A DNA stretch of 63,012 bases, the filler included, from Reclinomonas americana ATCC 50394 (taxonomy: Eukaryota), in assembly GCA_048213135.1 (NCBI GenBank). It is 4 parts of one record of this genome, joined end to end, with 100 filler letters (N's around TTAATTAATTAA, not from the genome) between each part and the next. Parts side by side here need not be neighbours in the genome. Positions count along the whole stretch, not along the records: positions 51,325 to 63,012 come from PS015302.1; 3 more parts are not named here. The stretch is one strand, 5' to 3'. Numbering within the stretch: position 1 is the first letter of the stretch; the number at the start of each line of letters is the position of its first letter. The notes below the pieces were generated by a model, which did not search any database, was not told the origin of the DNA, and saw only the letters and a program-made list of their open reading frames with translations. This document shows, piece after piece, positions 62,986 to 63,012 of the stretch. Both the position numbers and the translations under genes were made by a program.

Positions 62986-63012
62986 GAAGAAATCAACTTT
63001 TAAGTCGTTTGT

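Overview
Compact, GC-rich, intron-dense eukaryotic (protist-like) genomic DNA. Introns are mostly about 60-90 nt, GT-AG, with CTGAC/CTCAC-type branch points, and (GT)n/(GA)n microsatellites are abundant. The window is not one locus: three artificial 100-nt spacers (N44-TTAATTAATTAA-N44 at 12644, 44314 and 51225) join four scaffold pieces. Genes recognised by manual splicing: a tandem SURNod19/Cu-monooxygenase-like membrane protein, a coiled-coil protein, NTPCR, EDC4, CLPTM1, an NPPY amino-methyltransferase, a secreted EGF-repeat protein, an ATP9/NEO1 P4-ATPase, tRNA-Asp, tRNA-Thr, a CHCHD2-like protein, an AMT-ankyrin fusion, ATG8, an HGH1-like protein, NAGLU, CSTF2 and histone H1. The most striking element is a ~12.9 kb spliced gene (16000-28855, minus strand). 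It encodes a predicted type II membrane protein with a very long phage-fibre-like beta-repeat ectodomain that ends in an intact Peptidase S74 self-cleaving chaperone domain. Also notable: a very common non-consensus GTTGCGT splice donor, an Amt-ankyrin fusion lacking the second pore His, and H1/CSTF2 genes split across oppositely oriented contigs (most likely a scaffolding error). All family assignments come from motif recognition by eye, not from database searches.
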